NCBI GenBank assembly: GCA_041665845.1
Contig: JBAYIC010000001.1
Span: forward strand, 137,531-201,530
Source: Patescibacteria group bacterium
GTDB taxonomy: Bacteria; Patescibacteriota; Patescibacteriia; Patescibacteriales; UBA12465
Length of the DNA stretch: 64,000 nt
Direction of reading: 5' to 3'
The notes under the pieces were generated by a model. That model was not told the DNA's origin and ran no database searches. It saw nothing but the letters and a program-made list of their open reading frames with translations. Every line of letters begins with the position of its first letter. The first letter of the stretch is position 1. Below are positions 55,145 to 64,000 of the stretch, one piece after another. Made by a program: the position numbers and the translations under genes.

Positions 55145-55711
55145 TTATTTAAAAATTTTTCCCTCAATACTTTTTAAAGCAGAAATCACAAAATCAAAAT
55201 GCACATCTTTCTCGATTCCTAATTCCCTAACTCCCTGCTCAATATCATCTCGACTAACCTTGGCGGCGAATTTTTTATCCTTCAATTTTTTAATTACCGC
55301 GGCAGCGTTTAAAGACACGAAATGATCAGGTCGCATATAAGCACAGGCAACTAAAAAACCACAAAGTTCGTCGCAAGCAAATAAGCATTTAGCCATTTGC
55401 GAGTTGCGAGGAACTCCAGAATACTCAGCATGGCCTAAAATAGCTTCAATTATTTCTAGCTCATAGCCTTGCTCCTGTAAAATCCTAACCCCTTCGTAGG
55501 GATGGCCAGTTTTTAACTCGACATCATAGGTAGGATATTTCTCATAATCAAAGTCATGCAGCAGTCCGCAGATACTCCAAGCTTCTTCATTTTCGTTATA
55601 CTTCTTAGCATAGGCCGCCATCGCCGCTTCAACGCATAGCATATGCTTGCGCAAGCTTTCAGACTGCACCCATGATTGCATTAAATTCAAAGCTTCTTCC
55701 CGATTTAACAT
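55145..55711 (-). CDS. HD-domain (HDIG-like) phosphohydrolase
   Basis: H...LLHDFDYEKYP...GH..EG...H. Confidence 0.85.
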   Translation of the reverse strand: MLNREEALNLMQSWVQSESLRKHMLCVEAAMAAYAKKYNENEEAWSICGLLHDFDYEKYPTYDVELKTGHPYEGVRILQEQGYELEIIEAILGHAEYSGVPRNSQMAKCLFACDELCGFLVACAYMRPDHFVSLNAAAVIKKLKDKKFAAKVSRDDIEQGVRELGIEKDVHFDFVISALKSIEGKIFK

Positions 55712-55788
55712 AAATTTATAAAACCTAAATTAATCAAAAGTTTACTCTAAAATACCATAGAATCAGCAAAAAATCAAAATTTATATTT

Positions 55789-55816
55789 AAAAAGGAGCCT
55801 CAAAAGTGAGACTCCT
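55789..55816 (-). terminator. Intrinsic terminator downstream of the 533-aa gene
   Basis: The minus strand has a GGAGTCTCA-CTTT-TGAGGCTCC hairpin with one mismatch, followed by TTTTT. Confidence 0.65.
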
Positions 55817-55853
55817 TATACAAAAACGTTTATTTTTTTTGCTTGTTATACAA

Positions 55854-57455
55854 TTAATACCCATTTATTAAAAATGGTAACAAAGCGATAGTTTTTCTAT
55901 TGGGGCCAGCCAATATAAAAACGGGAATAATTCTTCCATCGAGCATTAGTTCTGTGGATGATAATCCTGGTTGGAACAAAGTGATAGCCTGCTTGCGTAA
56001 GTTATTTATTGCACTTGCAGCTACCATAGATAAATCAGAAATTTTCTTACTCAGATAATCTCGACGAAACTGATCATCGGACATATTAATCCAATCTATT
56101 TTTACCAAATCAGACCAATCTATCTGCATTAGTTTTTTGGTTTCTAGCACAGAAAGTTCTTCCCAAGTTCTTTCAAAAAACATGGCGAGAACAGGATTGT
56201 TGACGTATTCTTGAAAGTTACCATCAAACACTTGTTCAACTGCTTTTCTTTCATAAGATGACATCCTTTTTTCCGCTCTGTTTTTACGAACAAGATTATA
56301 ACCAAACACTAAATCCGAAGGCAAGGTAGAAGATTTTGGATCTAACGCAAAAGAAGTCGCCCGATCAAATGGATCTTTACCGCTAATTGTTACGGCTATA
56401 ACCGATTCGTTATGAACGTTATAAAGATAGCTCTTAGCCGAACCGTCAGCAAAAAAATTATGCAAAAATGCATTATACGCATTTGCCATTAAAAATAAAG
56501 TTGTTTGTTCTAACTCCTCAGGAGCCATCGAGCCAATAATTCTTTTAACTTCTTTTTCAAAAATTTGATACAACTTAGAACGCATTTTTTTAATATTGTT
56601 CCAAAATTGTAAAGAAGATTCTCTGTAATCAGCCAAATAATCGCAATTAAAATAATGTTGAATGAATAATTCTTTAACTGCTTTCATTGCGACTAATTTC
56701 TCTGTGGATATAATTTTATCCTCAGAAGAAAGGGCTGATAAGATTTCGTCCGTATAACCCTGAGAAATAACTCTCCCATCATATAGACATTCCTCCTTAT
56801 CCAAACCAAGGTAGCAATAACCATTTATCGGATTAAAAGAAGTTTGAATAACAAAAAGTTGTTTGCGATTTCCATATTTTTGAGTAACATGCTCAATGGC
56901 CGCCCTTTTCATTTTTGTTTTTCTAATAACATCATCACGCAGCCCACTGTCAAGCACCTTCATCGCATGAAAATCATTAGCTCTTAGCCCTCCAGCTGCG
57001 CAATACAAATGAGAATCAAAGATCTGATTTACAAAGTCTTGATCTTTAAATGCTTCATCCAGCATATCAGAAAAAGCGCCAGAGATTAGAAACAGATTAC
57101 CAGGACTATTTTTACTTGGCAAAAATTCGTTTCTAATATCACCAGCGGGCGTACAGAATGCATGCCCGTGGAAACAACCAATTAATTTTGGACGTACGCG
57201 TACATCCATACATAGAACAAAATACGGAACGCCATACGGGAATAAAGAATTCTTGATCCTAATAGCTTTTTGGACTTCTGGAGACTTAACGTCATCCAAA
57301 CGTAACTCGCGAGAATAAATGAACTGGCCGAGTTTAAAAGCGGCCATTTCAAAGGCTTTACTTTTATTAGAGCGCCCTTCAAAATAAACATTGAAGGCTT
57401 GTTCTAAATAATTAAGAACACCTTGAGTTTCTGGAATTTCAGGAAATTTTACCAT
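55854..57455 (-). CDS. Uncharacterised 533-aa protein with a beta-carbonic-anhydrase-like CxDxR...HxxC signature, a distant paralogue of the adjacent 356-aa protein
   Basis: C82-M-D84-V-R86 and H149-L-Y-C152-AAGG. Colinear blocks are shared with the 57634-58704 product. No other family was recognised. Confidence 0.8.
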   Translation of the reverse strand: MVKFPEIPETQGVLNYLEQAFNVYFEGRSNKSKAFEMAAFKLGQFIYSRELRLDDVKSPEVQKAIRIKNSLFPYGVPYFVLCMDVRVRPKLIGCFHGHAFCTPAGDIRNEFLPSKNSPGNLFLISGAFSDMLDEAFKDQDFVNQIFDSHLYCAAGGLRANDFHAMKVLDSGLRDDVIRKTKMKRAAIEHVTQKYGNRKQLFVIQTSFNPINGYCYLGLDKEECLYDGRVISQGYTDEILSALSSEDKIISTEKLVAMKAVKELFIQHYFNCDYLADYRESSLQFWNNIKKMRSKLYQIFEKEVKRIIGSMAPEELEQTTLFLMANAYNAFLHNFFADGSAKSYLYNVHNESVIAVTISGKDPFDRATSFALDPKSSTLPSDLVFGYNLVRKNRAEKRMSSYERKAVEQVFDGNFQEYVNNPVLAMFFERTWEELSVLETKKLMQIDWSDLVKIDWINMSDDQFRRDYLSKKISDLSMVAASAINNLRKQAITLFQPGLSSTELMLDGRIIPVFILAGPNRKTIALLPFLINGY

Positions 57456-57552
57456 AAATACGATTTTTTTGGTTTTTGGATTAATTTATTTTTATTTTTT
57501 AATTTTTCAAAGGACTTAATTATTGATTACAAAACTTTATAACCAAGGGCTT

Positions 57553-57581
57553 ATTATAATACGGAAAATCATTTATGTCAA
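57553..57581 (-). promoter_or_regulatory. Perfect-consensus sigma70 promoter for the 533-aa gene
   Basis: The minus strand reads TTGACA (57581-57576), 17-nt spacer, TATAAT (57558-57553). The -10 box lies ~95 nt upstream of the ATG. Confidence 0.75.
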
Positions 57582-57585
57582 GATA

Positions 57586-57616
57586 ACAAAAAAACCTCTA
57601 AACTAGAGGTTTTTAT
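57586..57616 (-). terminator. Intrinsic terminator at the end of the atp operon plus 356-aa gene
   Basis: CCTCT-AAACT-AGAGG hairpin flanked by an A-run and a T-run. On the minus strand a T7 run follows it. Confidence 0.75.
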
Positions 57617-57633
57617 CTTACTTTAAACAAAAT

Positions 57634-58704
57634 TTACCAAGCTATTTCTTCAAATTCACGAGTATGAAAGTTGATAACAACTGATAAGATATGCATTTTC
57701 TTGGCTAATTCAGGATTGTAAGCTTCAATGGTTTTCTTAGCAAAATCTTTCAAAAATCTCACTCTTTCAATCGCTTTATTTCTTTCCGAGCCTAGTTCTT
57801 TAAATGTGGCCGAAGTAAGCAGAACAAAACCATCATCACTAATTCTACCCGCTTCCATATTAGACTGAATAATCCCCGCAGCTTTCTTAATCGGCTCTTC
57901 TAAGCTATCGCCATACGGACCAATAATTAAACTAATATTAGGAATATGGAGCCAATCAAAACCGTTCCCTAAACCTAAAATCCATTCCTGATGTTGAGTT
58001 TCAACAATTGGTCTATTCTCGGCAGCAATTTCTTTAATATGTTCAATGTTCCCTTTAATAAGCGGTAAGATATCATCCAACACTTGATCGGACATATTAG
58101 GATACAAATCACGAAGGGCAATTAAAAATTCCTGTTCGGTTTTATTTTTTTCTTTTACTAAATCAAGTATTTGATTATGATCTTCGCCATGAAAAATTAA
58201 AGAATCGTTATCAGTTTCTACGCCGACAATAATAGGAAAAACAATTGAATTATTTTTACCATAAATTCTTTCTACCTGTGCCCTTAAACTAATAGCATGT
58301 TGAAAGGCGGCAACTTTATCATAATTAAAACCAGCACAACCGCGATGAACATCACCGCAAGAAAAATGATAAGTTACTAAAATTAAAGATTTTCTGCCTC
58401 GGCTAATAGAATAATCTATCCAACCATTTAAATCTTCGGCTAAATAAGGCCAACCTAAATCAAAACGACCGCCTAAACTTCGATAAGGTCGGATGATTCC
58501 TAGCGGAGTACGTGTCATCAGCGGAATATGAATACGGCCATCCATACATTTAAAGGCTGAAATTTCCGTTGGATGTTGAGCACGATAAAAACGACGCACT
58601 AAACGTTCATTATTATATTTTTCCGAATGAAACTTATTGAGTTCAAACAACCATTTAATTTTTTGCTCCAAAGAAGCCTTAACCATTTCTTTAGCACGAT
58701 GCAT
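57634..58704 (-). CDS. Divergent beta-carbonic-anhydrase-like protein (356 aa) with an unrecognised C-terminal ~170-aa extension
   Basis: C53-M-D55-G-R57. G69-x5-R75-x2-G78 has the same spacing as the GDxFVxRNxGN segment of beta-CAs. H113-F-S-C116-G lies 60 residues after the first Cys. The gene starts 29 nt after the atpC stop, and no terminator lies between them. Confidence 0.8.
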   Translation of the reverse strand: MHRAKEMVKASLEQKIKWLFELNKFHSEKYNNERLVRRFYRAQHPTEISAFKCMDGRIHIPLMTRTPLGIIRPYRSLGGRFDLGWPYLAEDLNGWIDYSISRGRKSLILVTYHFSCGDVHRGCAGFNYDKVAAFQHAISLRAQVERIYGKNNSIVFPIIVGVETDNDSLIFHGEDHNQILDLVKEKNKTEQEFLIALRDLYPNMSDQVLDDILPLIKGNIEHIKEIAAENRPIVETQHQEWILGLGNGFDWLHIPNISLIIGPYGDSLEEPIKKAAGIIQSNMEAGRISDDGFVLLTSATFKELGSERNKAIERVRFLKDFAKKTIEAYNPELAKKMHILSVVINFHTREFEEIAW

Positions 58705-58733
58705 ATAAAAATTTAATTATTTCTTATGAATTA

Positions 58734-59180
58734 TTATTTCCCTGGATTTATACTTTTAAGACGGCGCCATTTATTTAGTGCCCGTTCTCTAGCTAATTCC
58801 TTTTCAATCTTAGCGGCAATATTGGTAAATTGAACTTCATCTAAATTCTTAGCCTCCACTTTCAATTTCTCCGCTTTTTCTCGAGCTTCCTTAATTCTAG
58901 TTTCATCAAGCTCTTCAGCTCTTTCCGCTGTATCAGCTAAGATAACCACCTTATCTTTCATAACCTCTAAAAAACCACCGGAAACGGCCATGATTTCTAC
59001 AACATTATCAGCTCTTTTAATTTCAATTACGCCTGATTTCAAAATTGAAACCAGAGGGATATGGTCCGGTAAAACAGTTATTTCCCCGCTCGCGGTTGGA
59101 ACAGTAATTTGTAAAATTTCCTGTTTTAAAACCACTCTTTCGGGAGTAACGATTTCAAATTTTATCGTTTTGTTAGACAT
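58734..59180 (-). CDS. atpC: F1 ATP synthase subunit epsilon
   Basis: The N-terminus FEIVTPERVV...PDHIPL is typical. It sits downstream of atpD. Confidence 0.92.
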   Translation of the reverse strand: MSNKTIKFEIVTPERVVLKQEILQITVPTASGEITVLPDHIPLVSILKSGVIEIKRADNVVEIMAVSGGFLEVMKDKVVILADTAERAEELDETRIKEAREKAEKLKVEAKNLDEVQFTNIAAKIEKELARERALNKWRRLKSINPGK

Positions 59181-59190
59181 GGGTTAAAAA

Positions 59191-60588
<1,398 letters not shown>

Positions 60589-61539
60589 TTATTCTGCTAA
60601 AGCGTTAGCGCCGGCGGAAATTTCCGCAATTTCCGCGGTAATACCAGCCTGACGAACTTTATTATAAAATAAGGTTAATTCATTTACCATATCATTCGCC
60701 GCTTCGGTTGCTTGATGCATCGCACTCATACTCGCACTATGCTCAGAAGCATTAGCTTCTAAAAAGGCTTGATATAATTGAATCTCTAATAAACGTGGAA
60801 TCATTTTATCTAAAACTTCAGGCGCAGACGGTTCAAAAGTATATTCATAAACATAATCGCCTGTTCTTAAATGTTTTTCTTGCTTAGAAGCAATAAATTC
60901 AGAAGTAACGCCAACTTTTGATTCTTCGCTGATAACCCCTAAATACTCATCAATTTTATCTATTTCTATCGGTAATAATTGTTTAACTCGCGGTACTTGC
61001 TTGGCGGCGCTGATAAAATCAGTATAGGCTACTAAAATCTTATCGTATTTTCCTGAAAGATAATCATCTAAGACCATCTTAACAAGCGGATAAATTTCGC
61101 GCGCATCGGTTAGAATATCACTTTTTTCAAACTCGGCAGCAATTTCATAATCTTGATTGCGAATAATTGTTCCTTTCTTTCCAGATAAAATAAAATCCGT
61201 CGGAATGGGATGCTGAGTAACTGATTCTTTCGCCTTGGTAATCACTGCTGAATTATAAGCGCCACACATCCCGCGGTTAGAGGCAATTAAAATAATGGCG
61301 ACTTTAGAAATGTTAGTGCGCGGGGATAATAAAGGATGTAAATTTTCATTCTTACTCTTAGAAATTTCAGCTAAACGCAAAACCGTCTCCCAACTTAAAT
61401 TAGCATAAGTGCGAGTCTTTAAAACGGCTTCAATTGCCTTTCTCATCTTAGCCGCCGCTACCATTTCCATCGCCTTAGTAATCTTTTTGGTGCTAGAGAC
61501 GGATTTGATGCGCCTAGATATTTCCTTAGTTTTTGCCAT
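60589..61539 (-). CDS. atpG: F1 ATP synthase subunit gamma
   Basis: The N-terminus IKSVSSTKKITKAMEMVAAAKMRKA and the C-terminus ITAEIAEISAGANAL. Confidence 0.96.
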   Translation of the reverse strand: MAKTKEISRRIKSVSSTKKITKAMEMVAAAKMRKAIEAVLKTRTYANLSWETVLRLAEISKSKNENLHPLLSPRTNISKVAIILIASNRGMCGAYNSAVITKAKESVTQHPIPTDFILSGKKGTIIRNQDYEIAAEFEKSDILTDAREIYPLVKMVLDDYLSGKYDKILVAYTDFISAAKQVPRVKQLLPIEIDKIDEYLGVISEESKVGVTSEFIASKQEKHLRTGDYVYEYTFEPSAPEVLDKMIPRLLEIQLYQAFLEANASEHSASMSAMHQATEAANDMVNELTLFYNKVRQAGITAEIAEISAGANALAE

Positions 61540-61542
61540 ACC

Positions 61543-63066
61543 TTATTTAATTAGGTAATCTACAGTCATTTTATAATCAGCAACCAATTTCTTTAAACCG
61601 GCTTCAACTTCTTCACTCAATTCTTTCTTGTCTTCAATTAATTTCAAAACAGCATCATTTAAATCAGCATATTTATATAAACCAGCTTCAAATTCTCTAA
61701 CACGTTCTACGGGAACATCATCCATTAATCCGTTAATCAGAGCATAATAAGCTAAAACCTGTTTAGCGACTGAAAGCGGTTGATATTGATCTTGTTTAAA
61801 TATTTCATATAATCTTTGACCTCTTGCCAATTTCTTTTTAGTTTCCGGATCCAAATCAGAACCAAATTGCGCAAAAGCCGCGAGTTCACGATATTGAGCA
61901 GCTTCAAGACGCATTTTTCCGGCTACTTTTTTCATCGCCTTAATCTGAGCGCTAGAACCAACACGAGAAACCGATAGACCGGCATTAACCGCTGGACGAT
62001 TTCCTTTATAAAATAAGTCTGGTTCCAAAAAGATTTGACCGTCAGTAATAGAAATAACGTTAGTCGGAATATATGCTGATAAATCCCCCGCCTGAGTTTC
62101 AATAATAGGTAAGGCCGTAATTGAACCACCACCGTACTCTTTATTTAATTTACAAGCGCGTTCTAGTAACCTGGAGTGTAGATAAAAAACATCGCCCGGA
62201 TAAGCCTCGCGTCCTGGTGGACGACGAAGTAATAACGAAATTTCACGATAGGAAACGGCGTGCTTAGATAAATCATCATAAATAATTAAAACATCTTCGC
62301 CCTTATCTAAAAAGTATTCAGCCATCGCACAACCAGCGTAAGGAGCAATATATAATAACGAGGCTGGAGTAGAGGCGCCCGCTAAAACAATTGTTGTATA
62401 TTCCATGGCACCGGCTTCAGTTAATTTGGTAACGATATTAGCAACCTTGGATTCTTTTTGACCAATAGCGACATAAACGCATTTCATGTTCTGCCCTTTC
62501 TGATTAATAATAGTATCAACGGCAATTGCAGTTTTTCCTAATTGGCGGTCACCAATAATAAGTTCTCTCTGACCGCGACCAATTGGAATCATGGCATCAA
62601 TCGCTTTAATTCCAGTCTGAACCGGCTCTTTAACAGAAGCACGAGTGATAACACCCGGAGCAATTTTTTCTACCGGATAAAATTTAGTAGTTTCAATCTT
62701 GCCTTTACCATCCAAGGGTTCTCCTAGTGGATTAACCACGCGGCCAATCATATTTTCACCAACCGGAACTTCCAAAATTCTTTTAGTAGCGACAACCTCA
62801 TCACCTTCTTTAATTGCGGTATAATCTCCCAAAACAATAACGCCAACTTGGCTTTCTTCCAAATTTAAAGCGACGCCAGTGATTTCTCCCTTTTCGGTTT
62901 TAAAAATTAAAATTTCACTCATCATCGCTTCAGCTAAACCAGAAACCAGCGCGATACCATCAGATACTTTTAAAACTTTACCGACTGATTTTTCGCTCAC
63001 TTCGGCTTTAAAGCCGGATATTTCTTCTTTTAGCTGCTCAACAATGAAATCCTTTGTAGTTGACAT
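61543..63066 (-). CDS. atpA: F1 ATP synthase subunit alpha
   Basis: [11 protein letters not shown] Walker A, and length and colinearity with AtpA. Confidence 0.98.
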   Translation of the reverse strand: MSTTKDFIVEQLKEEISGFKAEVSEKSVGKVLKVSDGIALVSGLAEAMMSEILIFKTEKGEITGVALNLEESQVGVIVLGDYTAIKEGDEVVATKRILEVPVGENMIGRVVNPLGEPLDGKGKIETTKFYPVEKIAPGVITRASVKEPVQTGIKAIDAMIPIGRGQRELIIGDRQLGKTAIAVDTIINQKGQNMKCVYVAIGQKESKVANIVTKLTEAGAMEYTTIVLAGASTPASLLYIAPYAGCAMAEYFLDKGEDVLIIYDDLSKHAVSYREISLLLRRPPGREAYPGDVFYLHSRLLERACKLNKEYGGGSITALPIIETQAGDLSAYIPTNVISITDGQIFLEPDLFYKGNRPAVNAGLSVSRVGSSAQIKAMKKVAGKMRLEAAQYRELAAFAQFGSDLDPETKKKLARGQRLYEIFKQDQYQPLSVAKQVLAYYALINGLMDDVPVERVREFEAGLYKYADLNDAVLKLIEDKKELSEEVEAGLKKLVADYKMTVDYLIK

Positions 63067-63087
63067 ACATTTATGCTAAATTTATTT

Positions 63088-63489
63088 TTAATTACTAATT
63101 TTATTTTTAAGACTATTTAAACTATTTTTTAAACTACCATCTAGAACTTTAGAACCGTACCTAAGAATAAAACCACCAATAATTTCCGGGTTAATTTTTG
63201 TATCTAAAATCACTTTCTGGGCACCGGTTTTTTTCTTAAGATAATCAACAACAACTTCCCGAGTTGCGGCTGAAAGTTCACGCGCACTAGCAAGAGTTGC
63301 ATCAACTTCGCCATAAACCTTATTCCAAATCTCATTAAAGGCGATAGCGATTGCCTCCGCTTTATTAAAATCATGATTCTTGTGCAAAACCATTACTAAA
63401 CTTTTAATTACCGCCTGCGCTTCTTTTTTTGATTTATCAGCGACTAAATCAAATAAAGCAGTGGCATATTGAGAAACAGATATTTTCAT
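63088..63489 (-). CDS. atpH: F1 ATP synthase subunit delta (OSCP)
   Basis: YATALFDL...GGFILRYGSKVLDGSLKNSL. The start is taken at MKISVSQ (63489), because the track start at 63534 overlaps atpF. Confidence 0.9.
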   Translation of the reverse strand: MKISVSQYATALFDLVADKSKKEAQAVIKSLVMVLHKNHDFNKAEAIAIAFNEIWNKVYGEVDATLASARELSAATREVVVDYLKKKTGAQKVILDTKINPEIIGGFILRYGSKVLDGSLKNSLNSLKNKISN

Positions 63490-63493
63490 AATC

Positions 63494-63982
63494 TTACTTA
63501 ACCAATTTACTAATAAGTTCCTTATCTTTTTCACCAGTCATTTTTTCTTCTAATAATTTTTCTACTGTTAATATAACCAATTCCGCTACTTCTTTTTTAA
63601 TTTCCTTAAGCATTTCCGTTTTCTCACTCACTAATTTAGCCTTTTCTCCGCTAATTACTTGAGCAACTTCTTCTTTAGCCTTAGTAACCAAGGAGGTTTT
63701 ACGTTCTTCACCACGCTTATCAGCTTCTTCAATTATTAAATTAGCTTGTTTTTTAGCGGCCGTAATAATATCTATCTGTTCTTTTTCTGTTAACTCTAGA
63801 CGTTTTTCAATCGCATCAGCATCCTTCAAGCTTTTTTCAATCGTTTTACTTCTTTCAGTCATCGTCTTTAAGAGCGGCTTAAAGATTAAATAATATAAAA
63901 CCGAAAAAACAATCGCAAAGTTAATAAGCTGAGCGATAAAAAGCTTATAATCAATGTGAAAGGTGGAGATTAATGATTCCAT
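63494..63982 (-). CDS. atpF: Fo ATP synthase subunit b
   Basis: An N-terminal TM helix is followed by a long charged helix (KPLLKTMTERSKTIEKSLKDA...). It sits upstream of atpH. Confidence 0.9.
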   Translation of the reverse strand: MESLISTFHIDYKLFIAQLINFAIVFSVLYYLIFKPLLKTMTERSKTIEKSLKDADAIEKRLELTEKEQIDIITAAKKQANLIIEEADKRGEERKTSLVTKAKEEVAQVISGEKAKLVSEKTEMLKEIKKEVAELVILTVEKLLEEKMTGEKDKELISKLVK

Positions 63983-64000
63983 AAAATAAAAATTAAAAAT

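Overview
The window is AT-rich, gene-dense bacterial chromosome read under the standard genetic code. It has short intergenic regions, near-consensus sigma70 promoters and many hairpin plus T-run terminators. The gene content points by inference to a reduced-genome, Patescibacteria/CPR-like organism: many polytopic and secreted cell-envelope proteins, GT2 and GT-C glycosyltransferases, nucleotide salvage genes and few biosynthetic genes.

Recognisable core genes:
- Chaperone and translation: clpB with a CIRCE operator, def, fmt, rplU, gatB, miaA, miaB.
- Replication and recombination: dnaB, ybaB, recR.
- Envelope: murA, galU, mltG, uppP.
- Thymidylate module: dCMP deaminase, a long ThyX-like protein, a P-loop kinase and a Tmk-Dut fusion.
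- Most of an F1Fo ATP synthase operon (atpF-H-A-G-D-C) on the minus strand at the right edge.
- Three tRNAs: Glu-CTC, Lys-TTT and Thr-TGT.

No rRNA, CRISPR array, integrase or transposase was seen.

The strongest candidate for something undescribed is a pair of adjacent, mutually related proteins of 356 aa and 533 aa at 55854-58704. Both keep the CxDxR...HxxC zinc/catalytic signature of beta-carbonic anhydrases but are otherwise unrecognisable and much longer than canonical enzymes. The 356-aa gene follows atpC directly. The 533-aa gene has its own perfect-consensus promoter.

Other notable items:
- A polyprenyl-phosphate sugar-phosphate transferase fused to QueH.
- A membrane-anchored Clp/Hsp100 ATPase with a degenerate first nucleotide-binding domain, in an operon with a small membrane protein and divergent from clpB.
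- A GC-rich, hairpin-rich block bounded by a 17-nt duplicate of the tRNA-Glu 3' end.
- A tRNA-bounded accessory block holding a RelE/DinJ toxin-antitoxin pair, two S51-like paralogues, a Nudix hydrolase, a SET-domain protein and a methyltransferase.
- An orphan PEP-utilizing swivel-domain protein.
- A decayed antiporter gene remnant.
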